Part shown: piece after piece, positions 17,391 through 25,417 of the stretch
Position numbering within the stretch: the stretch's first letter is position 1
How the letters are laid out: the number at the start of each line of letters is the position of its first letter
Source of the DNA: a virus
Lineage: Duplodnaviria; Heunggongvirae; Uroviricota; Caudoviricetes
Strand: one strand, 5' to 3'
DNA length: 25,417 nucleotides
IMG/VR virus record: IMGVR_UViG_2571042636_000001
Coordinates: 1-25,417 of that record
Position numbers and translations under genes: made by a program
The notes under the pieces: model-generated
Databases searched by the model: none
Seen by the model: the letters and a program-made list of their open reading frames with translations, nothing else
Told to the model about the DNA's origin: nothing

Positions 17391-18404
17391 TCAGGCGATG
17401 GTTACCGCAGACTCATCCACGGCAGCATATAAATCCGGATCGCCCAGGGCGTAACCCTCATAACGCCAGTATGAGTTTTCGAACTGTTTGCGATCGCCCA
17501 CATCTTCTGCCTTACGACGGCGGGACCCCTTCAGCGTCAGGATCTGCAGGTTTGGCAGCATGGTCACCACCATACGCTTGCCCGGCATAAACGGCGGAAT
17601 GATGGCCTTGCGGCCAGCGATGTTCTTCGTCAGCAACTGTGCGGCCACTTTTTCGGTGGGCTTGTCTTCTTTGTTGTAGAGGCGCAGTTCTTCAGCAGCC
17701 ACAAGGTCTGCGCCAACCAGCACGGTAAGGCGAGGATCGTTGTGATATTGCGCCGGGATGTAAGTGCGGATCAGGTCTGAGGCCATGGCATCAAGGCCGA
17801 CATAATCACCGCCTTCGCCCAGGGTAACGGCGTCCGTCAGAATACGGGAGGTATTGCCGGGCTGTTCTCCCCATTTTTTGGCGATTTCATGCCAGCCGAT
17901 GTTGACGTCTTCACCGTTCGGGTTACTTTCAGGATCGGAGTTTTCTGCGGCTGTTTTACCGTTAAAGCCAATGCGCAGCATATCCAGCGCAAAGTTGGTG
18001 ACGGCGGCGGAGTTCATCAGGTTGAAAAATTCCTGAGGGCTGCCGGCATTCGCCCAGATGGCGAGTTGTTCCCAGGTGATCACGCAGCAGGAATCAGTTT
18101 CAACGAGTTTGAATTCGTTGCCTTTGATGCCCGAACCTTTGGCGAAACGACCGCTTTTCACGCGACCGGTGCGCAGCGTGGATTCGCCCACGGTGACGAC
18201 CTGCCCCTGTGGGTGCGGAACGTCCATGCAGGTGATGAAGCTCAGAAATTCCGTGCTTTCCAGCAGGGCTTTACGCAGGGCAATGCTGCGCGGTTCGGTC
18301 AGGGAAAAAGTGCGATCGCCTGAGACAGCGCAGTCACTGAATGTTTTTTGCAGTTCGCTGAGGTACTGGTTAACCAGCTTTTGTGCTTCTGGTGTCATGT
18401 TCAT
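17391..18404 (-). CDS. Major capsid protein, P2 gpN-like, 337 aa
   Basis: ATG at complement of 18402-18404 with a GGAGAG ribosome-binding site, directly 3' of the scaffold gene. Size and sequence character fit the P2 capsid family. Confidence 0.75.
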   Translation of the reverse strand: MNMTPEAQKLVNQYLSELQKTFSDCAVSGDRTFSLTEPRSIALRKALLESTEFLSFITCMDVPHPQGQVVTVGESTLRTGRVKSGRFAKGSGIKGNEFKLVETDSCCVITWEQLAIWANAGSPQEFFNLMNSAAVTNFALDMLRIGFNGKTAAENSDPESNPNGEDVNIGWHEIAKKWGEQPGNTSRILTDAVTLGEGGDYVGLDAMASDLIRTYIPAQYHNDPRLTVLVGADLVAAEELRLYNKEDKPTEKVAAQLLTKNIAGRKAIIPPFMPGKRMVVTMLPNLQILTLKGSRRRKAEDVGDRKQFENSYWRYEGYALGDPDLYAAVDESAVTIA

Positions 18405-18418
18405 TGCGTTCTCTCCGG

Positions 18419-19315
18419 TTACACCAGGTTAAAAGTTTCGCCACCGGCCGGATTGTTACCCGGCAGCTTCGTGGCATCCTTGCTGAGTTCAGCAAATGCG
18501 GTTTCCATACTGGTGACTTTCTCCGCGATGGCGTTCACCGTGGAGAACAGCTTTTCCCCCTGCTCAGTGGTCAGCGTGAAGGTTTTGTCGTCCTTGCTGT
18601 TCTGTTCTGCGTTGTTCTGCCCCTGATCGCCGGCGCTGCCTTCCGGCTTGTTATCACCGCTATCTTTCGTGGCATCCTTCGCGCTGAACTGCGCGACGTT
18701 TTCTTCCAGCTTGTCCAGGCGTTCGCTGGTTTTATTAATAGCGCCCATTAACTGGCTGAACTGTTCTTCGTTCATGGCTTGGTAGATTCCCTGTTGGTGG
18801 TTGTCAGATGAGAAGAAGCGGGAGAAGAAGTTGCGCTTTGCCTGCTCATCATCAGACTGCAGCGTAAAATTCAGCGCCTCTGCGTTGCCCATATGGATGG
18901 TTTCCCCCATGGAAAACTGCAGGCGTGTGGTGTTAACGCTGGCCGGGGTATCCGTCACGGCGATACCGGACACAAAGAATTTGCCCGTGCCCAGATAGTT
19001 TTCCCGCACCTCAATGGAGGTAAAAAGTTTCTGCCCGGCCTTATTGGCTTCAATCAGGAAGCGATTTGGGATCAGGCGTGCTTTAAGCTGCACCTTGTCA
19101 CCAAATTTTTCGACTTTCAGGGCATCAACAAGGCCGTAGTTATTGGTGAAGGCACGCCATCCGGAATCAGCGTGATATGGCCAGAGCATGGCGGCTCGCT
19201 CGTCCGGGTTATAAACCTCGGCGGCATCTGTCAGCCACTTCGGATCAATTACCCGACCGTCGATGGTGGGGCCTGATGTGGCAACCACAACCCAGTCTGT
19301 TTTCTGCTTCGTCAT
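18419..19315 (-). CDS. Capsid scaffolding protein, P2 gpO-like, 298 aa
   Basis: ATG at complement of 19313-19315. The N-terminal DGRVI motif, the KAGQKLFTSIEV...GTGKFFVSGIAVTDTPAS block and a C-terminal charged coiled-coil-like tail resemble the gpO scaffold family as recalled from memory. Confidence 0.8.
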   Translation of the reverse strand: MTKQKTDWVVVATSGPTIDGRVIDPKWLTDAAEVYNPDERAAMLWPYHADSGWRAFTNNYGLVDALKVEKFGDKVQLKARLIPNRFLIEANKAGQKLFTSIEVRENYLGTGKFFVSGIAVTDTPASVNTTRLQFSMGETIHMGNAEALNFTLQSDDEQAKRNFFSRFFSSDNHQQGIYQAMNEEQFSQLMGAINKTSERLDKLEENVAQFSAKDATKDSGDNKPEGSAGDQGQNNAEQNSKDDKTFTLTTEQGEKLFSTVNAIAEKVTSMETAFAELSKDATKLPGNNPAGGETFNLV

Positions 19316-19535
19316 CTGAATTAATCCGCTGATAAAAATTAAACTGGCGTTATTTAACGGAGAAATAAAAACGTCGTCATCTGATTAATTTCCGGTACTT
19401 TCGGATATGCGCATATATCCGAAAAATACCGAAAACAGATAATCGTTAAAAAAATGCCTGCAGCAAATAATGGGATGTTACGGAACGAACCGGAAAAAGA
19501 TGAAAACCCATTAAAATAAATTCCACAGGTAGTTT
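19316..19535. promoter_or_regulatory. Divergent late-promoter region between scaffold and terminase operons, with a ~24-bp imperfect palindrome
   Basis: 220-bp AT-rich spacer between divergently transcribed operons. Near-palindrome TTCGGATATGCGCATATATCCGAA at about 19400-19423, followed by two CCGAAAA repeats. No promoter elements were mapped. Confidence 0.4.
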
Positions 19536-21323
19536 ATGGCTTATTCTGATGAAGTTATTGCCGCAGCAAAATCACTCTATCTAAAAAGGCACACCCCAAA
19601 AGAAATACAAAAGAAGCTCGGACTGAACAGCCCGCGAATTGTTTATTATTGGGCGACAAAGTTTGAGTGGTACACACAGCTTAATACTGAAGGCGTGGAG
19701 GATGTTATCGCCCGGCGTCTCGCTGTACTGGCGGAGCGTGACCATAAAACGCCGGAAGAACACGATGAACTCGATCGCCTGATTGGCCACCACGTCAAAC
19801 TGATGTCGGTCAGAAACAAGCACGCGGAGCGAATGGCTGAGATTGCACGAATGGGTGCGGACATTCCCCAGCCTGGTCGTTATGGAAAAGAAGAACGCGG
19901 AGAAAAAGGTGCAGGTAAGAAAGAGCGCCCCCGTAAAGCTAATGACGTTTCCGGGCTGACTGCTGAAAGTTTTGAGCCGTTTACCAAAAAACTGTTCGCT
20001 TATCAGTTGCACCTGCGTGAAAACAAATTCCGTCGTGTGCGCAACCTGCTTAAATCTCGCCAGATTGGGGCGACGTATTACTTCGCGTTTGAGGCGTTTG
20101 AAGATGCGGTATTAACCGGCGACACACAGATATTTTTATCGGCATCAAAACGTCAGGCCGAAGTGTTCCGCACCTATATCGTTAAGATTGCACAGACGGA
20201 ATTTGGCATTCCCATTAAAGGCAACCCGGTTAAGTTAAGTAATCTTGCTGAACTGTATTTTCTGGCGACCAACAGCAATACGGCGCAGTCAAACAGCGGC
20301 CACCTGTACATTGACGAATATCTGTGGATCCCCGCTTTTCGTCGCCTCAATGAAGTGGCGTCCGGTATGGCCACCCACTCGCACTGGCGCATTACTTACT
20401 TCTCCACGCCGTCATCCAAAACACACCAGGGCTACCCGTTCTGGTCTGGTGATGAATGGCGCAAAGGCGACCCGAAACGAAAAGGGGTTGAGTTCCCGTC
20501 CTTTGATGAACTGCGCGATGGCGGGCGCGAATGCCCGGATGGTCAGTGGCGCTATGTGGTGACAATGGAAGATGCCATTGCCGGCGGCTTTAACCTTGCC
20601 AACATTGACGAGCTGCGCGAGCGATATAACGAAACAGCATTCAATATGTTGTATATGTGCGTGTTTGTGGATGACAAAGAGAGCGTCTTTAAATTCGATG
20701 ACCTCGTGCGCTGTGGCGTTGATGTCAGTACGTGGGAGGATTTTCACCCGGAAGATGCCATGCCATTTGGAAACCGTGAAGTGTGGGGTGGCTTTGACCC
20801 TGCGCGCTCCGGCGATAACGCCACGTTTGTGGTGCTGGCACCGCCGCTGGTTGCGGTCGAACGATTCCGCGTGCTGGAAAAACACCACTGGCGCAGCATG
20901 TCATTCCAGTTTATGGCAGAGCGTATCCGCAGCATTAAGGCGCGCTATAACATGACGTTTATCGGCATTGATGTTACCGGGCTTGGCTATGGTGTCTTTG
21001 AGCTGGTTCAGGGATTTGCCCGCCGTGAAACAGTGGCCATTCATTACAGCGTTGAATCCAAAAACCGCCTGGTGATGAAGATGCTGGATCTGATTTACGC
21101 CAACCGTATTGAGTGGGATGAAGAAGCCACAGATATTCCGGCATCGTTCCTGGCCATTCGTCAGGAATCCACCAACAGTGGCAATAAAGTCACTTTCACC
21201 GCCGAACGTAGCGAAGAAACCGGGCACGCAGACATCTTCTTTGCCATTGCCCATGCCGCAAGTAATGAACCCCTGAACTATAAGCACAGGCGCAAATCAA
21301 CATGGATCCTGCCAGATGAGTAA
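19536..21323 (+). CDS. Terminase large (ATPase) subunit, P2 gpP-like, 595 aa
   Basis: ATG at 19536-19538; the size matches gpP and the gene is followed by, and overlaps, the portal gene, as in the P2 P-Q operon. Confidence 0.8.
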   Translation: MAYSDEVIAAAKSLYLKRHTPKEIQKKLGLNSPRIVYYWATKFEWYTQLNTEGVEDVIARRLAVLAERDHKTPEEHDELDRLIGHHVKLMSVRNKHAERMAEIARMGADIPQPGRYGKEERGEKGAGKKERPRKANDVSGLTAESFEPFTKKLFAYQLHLRENKFRRVRNLLKSRQIGATYYFAFEAFEDAVLTGDTQIFLSASKRQAEVFRTYIVKIAQTEFGIPIKGNPVKLSNLAELYFLATNSNTAQSNSGHLYIDEYLWIPAFRRLNEVASGMATHSHWRITYFSTPSSKTHQGYPFWSGDEWRKGDPKRKGVEFPSFDELRDGGRECPDGQWRYVVTMEDAIAGGFNLANIDELRERYNETAFNMLYMCVFVDDKESVFKFDDLVRCGVDVSTWEDFHPEDAMPFGNREVWGGFDPARSGDNATFVVLAPPLVAVERFRVLEKHHWRSMSFQFMAERIRSIKARYNMTFIGIDVTGLGYGVFELVQGFARRETVAIHYSVESKNRLVMKMLDLIYANRIEWDEEATDIPASFLAIRQESTNSGNKVTFTAERSEETGHADIFFAIAHAASNEPLNYKHRRKSTWILPDE

Positions 21324-22350
21324 AAAGAAGAAATATTCTGTGACACACGATGCCGGAGCAAAAAAAACGGCCGGCAAAATGACGTTTATTGAATTTGGTG
21401 ACCCCGAACCGGTTGCTGCATGGGGCTGTTATTACGGCTCGCTGTGGGATGGCTATAACGGCTGGTACACGCCGCCCATTGAACGCATGGATCTCGCCAT
21501 GTTGTCCAATATCGCACCGTATCACGGCGCGGTATTGCGTGCGCGCGTCAATATGATCATGCAGGGTTTTCGGGGCGGTGGTGGTATGACACACGCCGCC
21601 ATGGCGGCAGCGGTGACCAATCTGCTGATATTCGGGGATATGGGGCTGCTTAAAGTACGTAACGGCTTCGGTCGGGTGGTGCGTCTGCATACGTTGCCTT
21701 CTCTGTACCTGCGGCGTAACAACGAGGGAGGCACGGTGATTGTGCAGGCGGCACTGGAAGATCTCGTGTATCCGCCAGGCGAAGTGGTGTTCGTGGCAAT
21801 TTATGACCCGCAACAGCAGGTTTACGGTGTCCCGGATTATATCCACGGGATGGAATCCGCCATGCTGAATGTGGATGCCACCCGCTTTCGCCGCAAGTAT
21901 TACAAGAACGGCGCACACCTCGGTTATATCCTGTATTCCACTGACCCGGATATGACTCCCGAGCTCGAGGCGGAATTCCGTAAAAAGATAGAGGCGTCAA
22001 AAGGGGCGGGCAATTTTAAATCCATGTTTATCAATATACCTGGCGGAGACAAAGAAGGCGTTAAGGTGATCCCTATCGGGGATTCAGGTACAAAAGATGA
22101 GTTCCTGAATATAAAAACCATCAGTGCCCAGGATCAGCTCGTTGCGCACCGTTTTCCACCCGGACTTGCCGGCATCATTCCCGCAAATACGGCCGGGTTG
22201 GGTGACCCACTGAAATCCCGCGAAGCATATTACAGGGATGAGGTTATCCCGATGCGCCGCCTGATTATGGAGGGGATCAACAGCGATCCGGATATCAGAC
22301 GACTGGGGGAGGTGAAATTTATTCTTGATTTTGATGAACCCATGGAGTGA
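21316..22350 (+). CDS. Portal protein, P2 gpQ-like, 344 aa
   Basis: ATG at 21316-21318, overlapping the terminase stop. Length is the same as recalled for P2 gpQ, and the gene sits 3' of the large terminase. Confidence 0.8.
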   Translation: MSKKKKYSVTHDAGAKKTAGKMTFIEFGDPEPVAAWGCYYGSLWDGYNGWYTPPIERMDLAMLSNIAPYHGAVLRARVNMIMQGFRGGGGMTHAAMAAAVTNLLIFGDMGLLKVRNGFGRVVRLHTLPSLYLRRNNEGGTVIVQAALEDLVYPPGEVVFVAIYDPQQQVYGVPDYIHGMESAMLNVDATRFRRKYYKNGAHLGYILYSTDPDMTPELEAEFRKKIEASKGAGNFKSMFINIPGGDKEGVKVIPIGDSGTKDEFLNIKTISAQDQLVAHRFPPGLAGIIPANTAGLGDPLKSREAYYRDEVIPMRRLIMEGINSDPDIRRLGEVKFILDFDEPME

Positions 22351-22415
22351 TGTGCGGTATGGGGAAAGAGCGGGTAAAATCGGCGGCAGTAAAACGCTGT
22401 TCCGGGAGGTGGAAA

Positions 22416-22673
22416 ATGCGCAGACAGAAAGCGCGATGTCATTGCTGCGGTGCACATGCAGTGATTGAGAAAACAGCCTGGAAAACCGATCAGTTTGCTG
22501 ATGTGTATTACCGTTGCACTCGTCTCGAGTGCGGACATACCTGGGTGATGAACCTGACCTACTCGCACACACTGGTGCCCAGCGGGCTGGAGAATGGTGT
22601 GTTAAAGCTGTTGATTGAACGGATGCGCCCGGAAGAAAAACAAATGGCGCTGGAGTTGTTGCAGGCCGGATAG
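22416..22673 (+). CDS. ogr: Ogr/Delta-family zinc-finger late transcription activator, 85 aa
   Basis: ATG at 22416-22418 preceded by GGGAGGTGG. Cys pattern C-x2-C ... C-x4-C (RCHCCGAHA ... YYRCTRLECGHTW ... TYSHTLVPSG) aligns by eye with Ogr of P2 and B of phage 186. An in-frame GTG at 22347 is a possible alternative start. Confidence 0.65.
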   Translation: MRRQKARCHCCGAHAVIEKTAWKTDQFADVYYRCTRLECGHTWVMNLTYSHTLVPSGLENGVLKLLIERMRPEEKQMALELLQAG

Positions 22674-22695
22674 CTGACGCGCTTCGCTTGTCCAA

Positions 22696-22745
22696 CCCGG
22701 AACGGGCGCACAAAGAATTTGCGCACCCGTTCCGGGTTTTCTTAT
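22696..22745 (+). terminator. Intrinsic terminator after ogr (11-bp GC-rich stem, T-tract)
   Basis: CCCGGAACGGG (22696-22706) pairs with CCCGTTCCGGG (22726-22736), followed by TTTTCTTATTC. Confidence 0.55.
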
Positions 22746-22794
22746 TCAACGGCAGACAGCTGATAATCTGCGTCTTCCTATGGGCTGGGCAGCT

Positions 22795-23001
22795 CTAAAT
22801 ACGCTTCACAATACCCACAAGATTGCCAGGTGACAGTTCTGCTGTGCGTTTAATATCGTCCACTATGTACGATGCATGTTCACGGTTAATCGCATAGATA
22901 TAAAATGAGTATTTCCGTTCATCTGCCATAAAGTCGACAGAAAATAATTTCCATGTACGCCCCTCGACTTCAACCTGTAACGGCATATTTATTCCGCTCA
23001 C
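22795..23001 (-). CDS. Hypothetical small protein, 68 aa (63 aa from the internal ATG)
   Basis: GTG at complement of 22999-23001 with AGGAG 7 nt upstream. Last gene of the minus-strand unit, convergent with ogr. No family recognised. Confidence 0.45.
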   Translation of the reverse strand: MSGINMPLQVEVEGRTWKLFSVDFMADERKYSFYIYAINREHASYIVDDIKRTAELSPGNLVGIVKRI

Positions 23002-23027
23002 GCATAGTCTCCTTTTGAAAATTCTAA

Positions 23028-23405
23028 TTAAATATTTTCGTTACGAAGCATGGCTGCGCGGCAGGCGTTCCAGCCTGTAGCGTATGCAGCCGCTTTGCTG
23101 CTGCCTTCAACTGGCGCATCCTGCCAATACATTTCATCCGGCACTACCGGTGCTGGCAGCTCGCGATACAGCGGGATTACACGACGCGAGTCTGCGTATT
23201 TATCTGGCGGACACTGAAATATCTCACCAAAACCATACTCCCTGACATCTTGCAGTTCCTCGTCATCAGTCCATGCCACCGGTTCTGCTTCCAGCGAGGC
23301 TAACGCTATTTCATAAGCCCGGCGCTCAATATTGTCTCGCACGTCCAGGCTGCCTATGCGCTCTTTGATTTCTTTAATCAGTTCTTTGTCGGTGAAAGTT
23401 GTCAT
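23028..23405 (-). CDS. Hypothetical acidic protein, 125 aa
   Basis: ATG at complement of 23403-23405 with an AAGGA ribosome-binding site. No family recognised. Confidence 0.5.
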   Translation of the reverse strand: MTTFTDKELIKEIKERIGSLDVRDNIERRAYEIALASLEAEPVAWTDDEELQDVREYGFGEIFQCPPDKYADSRRVIPLYRELPAPVVPDEMYWQDAPVEGSSKAAAYATGWNACRAAMLRNENI

Positions 23406-23470
23406 GTGTTAGTCCTTATTCTGCTGTGCTTTCAACTGATGAGGGGAACAAAATCGTTTTAGTGCGTTGG

Positions 23471-23494
23471 CATCAGGGCGGATGCGCCCTGATG
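23471..23494. promoter_or_regulatory. Perfect 10-bp inverted repeat (CATCAGGGCG-n4-CGCCCTGATG) just 3' of parR
   Basis: Read directly from the sequence; it lies between the parR stop and the start of the downstream 125-aa gene. Could be an attenuator/terminator hairpin or a protein-binding operator. Confidence 0.4.
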
Positions 23495-23499
23495 TTGTG

Positions 23500-23811
23500 T
23501 TATTCGGGAAATAACGCCCGGATATTCCCGGCCATCTGGCTGGTTATCTGTGTGGTTGGCGTTGGAGGTGTCGCAGGGCGTTCTGCTCTGGTTTGTGTCA
23601 CTGATAACGCTTCATCATCAGCCCATGCAGCCAGTCGGTAAGCCTCTGCCGGATTCATTTTCAGAAGTGCCAGCCCGGCCAGAAAAGCCACGCGTTGGCC
23701 GCTTTTGCGGGCTTCTGGTGTAAGGCTGTCCAGCCAGGCGCATGCTTCGCCTTCGTTCTTGACGGCGGCGGGCTTCAGATAGAAACTTATCCGTCTGGTT
23801 GGTGTCGTCAT
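23500..23811 (-). CDS. parR: ParR (StbB) centromere-binding adaptor of a type II partition system, 103 aa
   Basis: ATG at complement of 23809-23811, overlapping the end of parM. Sequence RRISFYLKPAAVKNEGEACAWLDSLTPEARKSGQRVAFLAGLALLKMNPAEAY aligns by eye with plasmid R1 ParR as recalled from memory. The longer 148-aa ORF in the track is an upstream run-on. Confidence 0.8.
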   Translation of the reverse strand: MTTPTRRISFYLKPAAVKNEGEACAWLDSLTPEARKSGQRVAFLAGLALLKMNPAEAYRLAAWADDEALSVTQTRAERPATPPTPTTQITSQMAGNIRALFPE

Positions 23812-23815
23812 TGGT

Positions 23816-24775
23816 TTACTCCTTGTCCATTGCGTACAGCCCATTAACCAGAGCAAACTGTGGCACCCCGTCCGCGATGAAAGTCGCATTAACTCCGCAG
23901 GCTTCGCGGATAGCGGGTGCCACAATCTCCGCCCCGCCACCGACAACCATCACCCGCCCGTAACCCGAAAAACCCGCCAGCGCGCGGATCACGCGTTGTT
24001 TCAGTGTCTCTTCCTTTTCACGAATAACCGCCATCAGGCTGTCGTAATGCGCGCCATTGTGGATGTGCTGGCGCAGCCAGGCTTCATCATGGCGATGTTC
24101 AATAATGGTATTAGCGATATGGTGACTGGTGCGCATACCGTTGGTGGCCATCACCGACAGCACGGCATCGGCCATCAGGGAAACGCCTACGTGTGGATCG
24201 CAAAACACCTGGCTGATACCTGCCAGTTGCCCCTGAACCTTTGCCACATCCAGCGTGGTTCCGCCTAAATCAACAATAAGCAGGGATTCAAACGGACTCA
24301 TATCAGCCAGTGCTTTAAAGCCAGCCGGAATGGATTCAGGCATAACCCGCACGTTACGGATAGTGAATGCCTCACCGTTCTGGTACTCCACCGGGCGCAT
24401 AACGTTCGCTTTTTTGCGGTTGATGTTGGCCATATCCGGCTGTGCGTTTGTATCGAAATACTCGCTCAGTGGCAGGGTGACAACCACATCCACCTCCTGT
24501 GGTGTGATGCCTGATTTGACCAGCGCGTGGTGAATGGCGATTACATTCACATCGCTGTACTGGTATTGCGTGTCGGTCGTCTGGATAAAGCGATCGCTGA
24601 CCGGATCAAAACCATAGCGCACGCCATCAAGCATGTAGTTCGCAGGCTGCGAGCCACCGAACGGCGCAGACCATTCCGACTTGAAGCTGTTCGGGCTGAT
24701 GGCGTTGCGGCATTCGCCGTTCTCAGTCCATGCCAGCTTGATGTTGGTGGAGCCGTCGTCGATACAAATTTTCAT
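23816..24775 (-). CDS. parM: ParM (StbA) actin-like segregation ATPase, 319 aa
   Basis: ATG at complement of 24773-24775 with an AAGGAAAA ribosome-binding site. The N-terminus MKICIDDGSTNIKLAW, and ISPNSFK, YSDVNVIAIHHAL, VMPESIPAG, LIVDLGGTTLD, FSGY..VMVVGGGAEI and LVNGLY match the actin-fold phosphate and adenosine motifs of plasmid R1 ParM. Confidence 0.9.
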   Translation of the reverse strand: MKICIDDGSTNIKLAWTENGECRNAISPNSFKSEWSAPFGGSQPANYMLDGVRYGFDPVSDRFIQTTDTQYQYSDVNVIAIHHALVKSGITPQEVDVVVTLPLSEYFDTNAQPDMANINRKKANVMRPVEYQNGEAFTIRNVRVMPESIPAGFKALADMSPFESLLIVDLGGTTLDVAKVQGQLAGISQVFCDPHVGVSLMADAVLSVMATNGMRTSHHIANTIIEHRHDEAWLRQHIHNGAHYDSLMAVIREKEETLKQRVIRALAGFSGYGRVMVVGGGAEIVAPAIREACGVNATFIADGVPQFALVNGLYAMDKE

Positions 24776-24806
24776 GTCGCTTTTCCTTATGTTGGTTAAT
24801 TAACCG

Positions 24807-24917
24807 TTTACGGGATTTTTAAATCCCGCTTTCGCCTGTTTTGTGCGCGCTTCATATATCGCGGCGCGTTTTTTGCTCATTTACGGGATTTGTGAATCCC
24901 GTTTTTGTCTGTTTTTT
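24807..24917. repeat. parC-like centromere/promoter region: two ~39-bp direct repeats, each with a CGGGATTT..AAATCCCG inverted-repeat core
   Basis: Repeat 1 is about 24807-24845 (tttacgggatttttaaatcccgctttcgcctgttttgtg) and repeat 2 about 24879-24917 (tttacgggatttgtgaatcccgtttttgtctgttttttg). They flank a TATAT-containing spacer immediately upstream of parM. Confidence 0.65.
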
Positions 24918-25417
24918 GTTTCCACTGGTCAGGCCACCCCGCAGCAGGTCTGCTTTGCGGCGGGCGCGTTCAGTGGTTTCACTGATTCTCTGTGCGTGCT
25001 CTGCGTCGCGGATGGCGCGCAGCATGTCAGAAAGCACGGTAACGGGTGTTTTCATGGTGTTCTGGTCCTGCTGAAGAGCGGATGCCAGGCGTGCGGCGGC
25101 TTCAGGGGCTGATGCCCCCAGCTGTGCCAGATAGCTGGCGACCGGGTTATGGCGGATCTCCGTGCTGCTTACGCCATGATTACGGCTCAGGCGCTGCCAG
25201 AGCTGCGTGATTCGGCTGTCCGGGCGGGTATCCGGTTTGCGTACAATTTCAAATCCCTGCGGTGCAATGATGCTGCCGTCAACGTACAGACTGCCGCCCC
25301 GTAACAGGTGCTGCATCTGCTGTTCACCGATATGCAGGCCGAGAGATTCAGCAGACTCCCGCCATTCTTTAGCGAGTAATTCGTGGTTATCAGGCAAAGG
25401 CCGCTGCTGTTTGCGGC
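24852..25417 (-). CDS. Hypothetical protein, C-terminal part (ORF open to the right edge); possibly replication-associated
   Basis: The reading frame stays open upstream of the TTG shown as start in the ORF track, so the 5' end is outside the window. Its 3' end overlaps the parC repeats. No family confidently recognised. Confidence 0.35.
   Translation of the reverse strand, partial: RKQQRPLPDNHELLAKEWRESAESLGLHIGEQQMQHLLRGGSLYVDGSIIAPQGFEIVRKPDTRPDSRITQLWQRLSRNHGVSSTEIRHNPVASYLAQLGASAPEAAARLASALQQDQNTMKTPVTVLSDMLRAIRDAEHAQRISETTERARRKADLLRGGLTSGNKKQTKTGFTNPVNEQKTRRDI

Noticed and set aside
16618-17454. 278-aa plus-strand ORF
   Set aside because: Antisense to the small terminase gene; a shadow ORF.
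21196-21918. 240-aa minus-strand ORF
   Set aside because: Antisense across the terminase/portal junction, His/Arg/Cys-rich and low complexity; not a plausible gene.
22347-22415. Upstream GTG start at 22347 for the Ogr-like gene
   Set aside because: Possible by coupling to the portal stop, but the ATG at 22416 has a strong GGGAGG site and gives a protein close to the Ogr family size. Kept as an alternative only.
1-25417. CRISPR array, tRNA/tmRNA genes, integrase and attachment site
   Set aside because: No regularly spaced direct repeats, no cloverleaf-like conserved tRNA segments, and no tyrosine or serine recombinase ORF were detected in any frame.

Overview
This 25.4 kb window is almost entirely the virion-morphogenesis core of a P2-family contractile-tailed phage, flanked on both sides by plasmid-type maintenance modules. 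All calls rest on reading the six-frame translations by eye; no database search was run. Minus strand, right to left: capsid scaffold (gpO-like), major capsid (gpN-like), small terminase (gpM-like), head completion (gpL-like), two tail completion proteins (gpR/gpS-like), tail sheath, tail tube, a holin plus M15-peptidase lysis pair, a tail assembly chaperone with a -1 frameshift extension, tape measure, baseplate proteins (gpW/J/I-like), a gpH-like tail fibre with its assembly chaperone, a second tail fibre with a different distal part, and three poorly characterised distal genes, the last looking like a central spike. Plus strand: large terminase (gpP-like), portal (gpQ-like) and an Ogr/Delta-type zinc-finger late activator. 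The left edge carries a Hok/Gef-family toxin gene and the right edge a ParM/ParR/parC actin-type partition locus, so the element looks like a phage-plasmid or a prophage that has captured plasmid stability modules. The best candidates for undescribed function are the two small genes between parR and ogr and the two unknown genes at 2607-3876. No integrase, tRNA, CRISPR array or attachment site was seen.
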